DNA of 64,000 nt from assembly GCA_963758525.1 (NCBI GenBank), contig CAVWVQ010000003.1, forward strand, positions 4,896,001 through 4,960,000, written 5' to 3'. The notes under the pieces are model-generated. The model was not told where the DNA came from, did not search any database, and worked only from the letters and a program-made list of their open reading frames with translations. This document shows, one piece after another, positions 59,866 to 64,000 of this stretch; position 1 is the first letter of the stretch, and every line of letters begins with the position of its first letter. The translations under genes and the position numbers were made by a program. This DNA is from an uncultured Phycisphaerales bacterium (lineage in GTDB: Bacteria; Planctomycetota; Phycisphaerae; Tepidisphaerales; Tepidisphaeraceae).

Positions 59866-61302
59866 ATGCATATCAGCGGTTCACCTGAGCATCACAGGAT
59901 CGACACCAGCGGGACGCCCGGCTCACGGGTCGTGGTCGTCGGCGGGGGACTCGCGGGGATGGCGGCGGCCGCTGCGCTGCACGGAGCGGGCGTGCACGTC
60001 ACGCTCATCGAAGCACGCAAGACACTGGGCGGCAGGGCAGGATCCTTCCGCGACCCCATCACCGACGAAGTGCTCGACAACTGTCAGCACGTTCTCCTGG
60101 GCTGCTGCACCAATCTGCTCGATTTTTATCAGCGGCTCGGCGTCGCCCATCTCATCACTTTCGAGAAAGCGATTCATTTTCTCGACGGCACCGGCAAGGA
60201 ATTCAGTCTGTTCGGCGTCGGCGGCCTGCCGGCGCCGCTGCATCTCGGCCTGGCATTTCTCCGCTTCGGTGCGCTGACCTGGGCCGAGCGAATCGCGCTC
60301 ACGCGCGCGATGCTGGCGATGATGCGGCTCGGGCGCGCGGGTCGGACGGAGCTCGACAGTCTCCCCTTTGGCGATTGGCTGGCACACTATCGTCAGCCGG
60401 CGTCTCTGATTCACAAGCTGTATGACCCGGTGCTCATCAGCGCGCTCAACGAGGAAACGCGAAACGTCAGCAGTTCCTACGCAATCCAGGTTTTTGTCGA
60501 CTCTCTGCTGGCCAGCTCCGGCGGATATCCTGTCGGGTTGCCGCGCTGCCCCTTGAGCGAACTGTATGCCCGGCTCCCCTGCACAGATGTGCGCAACGGC
60601 ACGCGCGTGAGCGGACTAGATTTTTCGCCCGATGGGAGTTGCAGGTGCGTGCGGCTGGCCGATGGCGGGCTTCTCGAAGCGGATGCGATCGTGCTCGCGA
60701 TCAATCATCACACGTTGCCAAAATGGATTCCCGAAGAAGTGGCGCGTCGAGATCATCGCTTTGCGCACCTCGACCGTTTGGAAAGCGTGCCGATTCTCGG
60801 AGCGCATCTCTGGTTTGACCGACCGGTCTTGAAGACTTCACACGCAGCCCTGATCGAAGGCCCGCTCCAGTGGCTCTTCCGCAAGGATCCACGGGGGACT
60901 GCCGTGCATGGCGTCATCAGCGCGGCGCGCGACTGGGTCGATCGATCGAAAGAGGAGTGTCTGGCATTGTTCGAAAAACAGGTGCGAACCACGCTCCGCG
61001 GCGCGCGCGACGCCCGCCTCACGCGAGGCGTGGTCGTAGTAGAGAAACGTGCGACGTTTTCCGTTCGCCCCGGCCTGGAGCAATATCGCCCGGAACAGGC
61101 GCCCCCCGTCGGCGGACTTTCCAATGTCTATCTGGCAGGCGATTACACGCAAACGGGTTGGCCGGCGACGATGGAAGGCGCGGTGCGAAGCGGTTACCTC
61201 GCCGCCGCCGCGGCAATCCGTAACGCGCAGCCGCAATGGCGCGGCGAATTCCTCGTCCCCGATCTCCCGCTGCAATGGCCGGCACGGTGGATCGAGAAGT
61301 AG
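59866..61302 (+). CDS. hpnE: Hydroxysqualene dehydroxylase HpnE
   Basis: VVGGGLAG, LGGRAGSF, DNCQHVLLGC, AGDYT..WPATMEGAVRSG. Confidence 0.9.
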   Translation: MHISGSPEHHRIDTSGTPGSRVVVVGGGLAGMAAAAALHGAGVHVTLIEARKTLGGRAGSFRDPITDEVLDNCQHVLLGCCTNLLDFYQRLGVAHLITFEKAIHFLDGTGKEFSLFGVGGLPAPLHLGLAFLRFGALTWAERIALTRAMLAMMRLGRAGRTELDSLPFGDWLAHYRQPASLIHKLYDPVLISALNEETRNVSSSYAIQVFVDSLLASSGGYPVGLPRCPLSELYARLPCTDVRNGTRVSGLDFSPDGSCRCVRLADGGLLEADAIVLAINHHTLPKWIPEEVARRDHRFAHLDRLESVPILGAHLWFDRPVLKTSHAALIEGPLQWLFRKDPRGTAVHGVISAARDWVDRSKEECLALFEKQVRTTLRGARDARLTRGVVVVEKRATFSVRPGLEQYRPEQAPPVGGLSNVYLAGDYTQTGWPATMEGAVRSGYLAAAAAIRNAQPQWRGEFLVPDLPLQWPARWIEK

Positions 61303-61617
61303 GATATTCGCATCAATCCCGCTTCAGTTTTTTGCGGGTTGCTGTCATAACGGTCACGTCATAACGGTATCTGAACAATCGCCGGTAATTTCGATCCCGC
61401 CCGGGAAATAGCTCGCGACGCGGCTCGCGATGTTGTACTGTTGCCGCACAGCACATGGGCGCGCAAGGGTGGCGTATTCAACTCTTCAGAGCGCGGCAAA
61501 CGGCGCGGCGGTGCCGCGCACGCAAAATCGCTGCAGGCGGTGGTGATCGCTTTTACGGGAGACGATCGGCCAACCGCCGTGCTGATTCGCACATCCCCGA
61601 GGAAGGCTGCGTGGAGC

Positions 61618-64000
61618 ATGTGGTTGAAGAAACGTCGCGGAAGTTGGAAGCGCGCGAGCATCGGACCCAAGAGCCGCGCCCGATTCGAGGCGCAGGTTCT
61701 GGAGCCCCGGCGGCTGCTCGCTTCCGTGGTGGTAACCACTGTCAGCGACGCCGCTTCCCACCCGGGTTTTGTGTCGCTGCGCGATGCGGTCATCACGGCG
61801 GACTTCGACGCCGCCTTCGGAAGCTCCGATACGATCACGTTCAGTCCGAACCTCAACGGGCAGCAGATCACACTCACGCAAGGCGTGCTGGAATTGGACT
61901 CGGGGGGTTCGAGCTCCGCCGTTATTACCGTCGACGGGGGGAGTCAGATCACGGTCAATGGCAACCAGGCCAGCAGCGTCTTTCTGATTGATGCGGGGAC
62001 TCAAGCCGTTATCGCCGGCCTGACCATCCTTCATGGCAAAGCGACCGACGGCGGCGGCATCGATGACAACGGCACCCTCACCGTCAGCAACTGCACGCTC
62101 AACAATAATGCCGCGAGTGATGAGGGCGCAGGCATCTTTGCCGGCGGCGCTCTCACCGTCAGCAACTCCACGATATCCAATAACTTCTCGCTGGGTGATG
62201 CCGGCGGCATCTACAACGACGGCACGCTCACCGTCAGCACCACGACGTTTTACGATAATGGCGGCGACCTCGGAGGCGGCATCGATAACGACAGCTTCTC
62301 GTCGGCCACGGTCAACAGCTCCACCTTCGTCCAGAATTCCGGGCAAGAGGGCGGTGGCATCCATAACCGGGGAACGCTGACGGTCGGCAACTCCACATTT
62401 TCCGGCAACGTCGTCAGCTTCGGCGGCGGGGGAATTCTCGACGATGGATCGCTCACGGTCAGTGCCTCCACCTTCTCCGGAAACTCCGCGGAATTTGGCG
62501 GCGGGATCTATAACTACAGCGGGAACGCGTCGGCGGTGCTGGTCGACTCGATCGTTGCGGGAAATACCGCTGCCGCGGAGGCGGATGGTCCTGACATCAG
62601 CGGGCCGCTGGCAGGCGGCAGCACGTTCAACCTGATCGGCGACGGCACCGCCATGACTGGGATCGTCAACAACAACGGCGGCAACAAGGTCGGCACCAGC
62701 ACTGCTCCCATCGGACCGGGGCTTTTGCCGCTCGGCTCCAACGGCGGACCGACCCAGACCATGGCCCTGACCGCCAGCAGCGTGGCCCGAAACGCCGGCG
62801 GAAGCCTGACGACGCTGGCCGCATCAACCGATGCCAGTGTTTCTTCGACGAGCATCCCGGTGGGGCTCGCCTCGGCCATCGCCAGCACTCCCGGCAGCTA
62901 CGTCATCCAGGTTGACAGCGAGCAAATGCTGGTCACCAACGTCAGTGGAGGAACGCTGACGGTTTCTCGCGGCTACAACTCCACGACCGTGTCAGCTCAC
63001 AATGCGGGAGCCAAAGTGTACTGGGCAACCGATCAGACTGGCGCGCTGCGCGTCGGCGTGCCGGACATCGGCGCGTTCGAGTATCAGCCGATCACCAGCG
63101 CCGTCAACGCGCTGCCGTCCATCGAATCCGCCGCCAGCTTCATCGTCTCCTGGTCCGGGACGCCGGGGTCCGACGGATACCCGATCGCCTCGTATGCCAT
63201 CTACGTTTCGGACAACAGCGGTCCCTTCACGCTCTGGGATCCCACCGGCAGCACCTCGGCAGCCTTCACCGGAACCAGCGGGCACACCTACGGCTTCTAC
63301 AGCATCGCCACCGACACTGCAGGCGATGTTCAGCCCACGCCGGCCGGCCCGCAGGCGACGACGACCGTGCAGGTTCCGGTCGGGCCCTCCTTCACCAGCG
63401 CAACCAGCGCCGACTTTACCGTCGGCGCGGCCAGTTCGTTCACGGTTGCCGCCGCGGGCAACCCCGCGCCCACATACGGTGAAACCGGGACACTCCCAGA
63501 CGGAGTCACTTTGGATCCCACCACCGGGGTCCTGGGCGGCATGCCGGCCTCCGGCTCCGTCGGCGCGTATCCCCTCACGCTGACTGCGTCCAATGGCGTT
63601 GGTTCTCCGGCGACTCAGTCGTTCACCTTGGACATCACCAAGGACTCGACAAAGACGACGCTGACCAAGAGCACCACGTCCGCCATCAAGTACGGGCAGA
63701 GTGTGACCTTCACGGTGACCGTGACTCCCGCGGGCGTCAATGCCCTCAGCCCTGGCGGCAGCGGCGCCGTCGTCCTCGAAACCAATGGCACTCCGGCCGC
63801 GCAGGCTACGCCCGTCAATGACGTTGCCACCTTCACTTTCAGCGATCTGCCGTCGGGCTCCATTTCGATGAGCGCGTATTACGACGGCGATGCAAACTTC
63901 AGCGGCAGCGGCTCCGGCTCGCTCACCCAGACCGTGACCCAGGCGGCGACGACCACCAAGCTGACGAAGAACACCACCGGCGCCATCACCTTCGGCCAGA
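61618..64000 (+). CDS. Large surface protein (LEPR-XLL motif, choice-of-anchor Q-like beta-helix, Ig-like repeats), runs off window
   Basis: Manual translation MWLKKRRG...LEPRRLLAS...SLRDAV, GGGI.N.G.LTV repeats, NGGPTQTMAL, DIGAFE, YDGDANF. Confidence 0.85.
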   Translation, partial: MWLKKRRGSWKRASIGPKSRARFEAQVLEPRRLLASVVVTTVSDAASHPGFVSLRDAVITADFDAAFGSSDTITFSPNLNGQQITLTQGVLELDSGGSSSAVITVDGGSQITVNGNQASSVFLIDAGTQAVIAGLTILHGKATDGGGIDDNGTLTVSNCTLNNNAASDEGAGIFAGGALTVSNSTISNNFSLGDAGGIYNDGTLTVSTTTFYDNGGDLGGGIDNDSFSSATVNSSTFVQNSGQEGGGIHNRGTLTVGNSTFSGNVVSFGGGGILDDGSLTVSASTFSGNSAEFGGGIYNYSGNASAVLVDSIVAGNTAAAEADGPDISGPLAGGSTFNLIGDGTAMTGIVNNNGGNKVGTSTAPIGPGLLPLGSNGGPTQTMALTASSVARNAGGSLTTLAASTDASVSSTSIPVGLASAIASTPGSYVIQVDSEQMLVTNVSGGTLTVSRGYNSTTVSAHNAGAKVYWATDQTGALRVGVPDIGAFEYQPITSAVNALPSIESAASFIVSWSGTPGSDGYPIASYAIYVSDNSGPFTLWDPTGSTSAAFTGTSGHTYGFYSIATDTAGDVQPTPAGPQATTTVQVPVGPSFTSATSADFTVGAASSFTVAAAGNPAPTYGETGTLPDGVTLDPTTGVLGGMPASGSVGAYPLTLTASNGVGSPATQSFTLDITKDSTKTTLTKSTTSAIKYGQSVTFTVTVTPAGVNALSPGGSGAVVLETNGTPAAQATPVNDVATFTFSDLPSGSISMSAYYDGDANFSGSGSGSLTQTVTQAATTTKLTKNTTGAITFGQ

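Noticed and set aside
57900..61302. Carotenoid crtB/crtI cluster or a novel terpene pathway
   Set aside because: Motifs and gene order match the known hpnCDE squalene pathway

Overview
GC-rich chromosomal window, most likely from a planctomycete (Phycisphaerae/Tepidisphaerales-like). The inference rests on a LEPR-XLL surface protein, a prepilin/H-X9-DG protein, a DUF1501/DUF1800 pair, a PEP-CTERM protein, a planctomycete-type ECF sigma and an alpha operon lacking rpsD. In order, it holds glycan-use genes, DUF1501/DUF1800, a transglutaminase/CP-ATP-grasp/alpha-E cluster, a REP-associated Y1 transposase, a HAD-deaminase fusion and rpmJ-rpsM-rpsK-rpoA-rplQ. Next come DUF2760 and two Hsp70-like genes separated by about 13.6 kb of accessory DNA (RelE-like, Shedu-like DUF4263, Uma2, TPR-glycosyltransferase, and an ECF/FecR-LamG/prepilin/PEP-CTERM module). 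The rest comprises an AbrB-Doc pair, two histidine kinases, tRNA-Leu(UAA), an S1-like protein, an M32 peptidase, marC, rlmN, folC, hpnCDE and a large surface protein. The best new signal is a bipartite motif, CACATTC-N10-GGATATT, seen three times with identical spacing upstream of the ECF sigma gene, the prepilin gene and the PEP-CTERM gene; it suggests a self-contained ECF regulon. Two copies of a highly structured ~267-bp MITE and several REP families are also present. Many genes, including essential rpsK, carry frameshifts that are probably sequencing errors. All family assignments come from motif recognition, not database searches.
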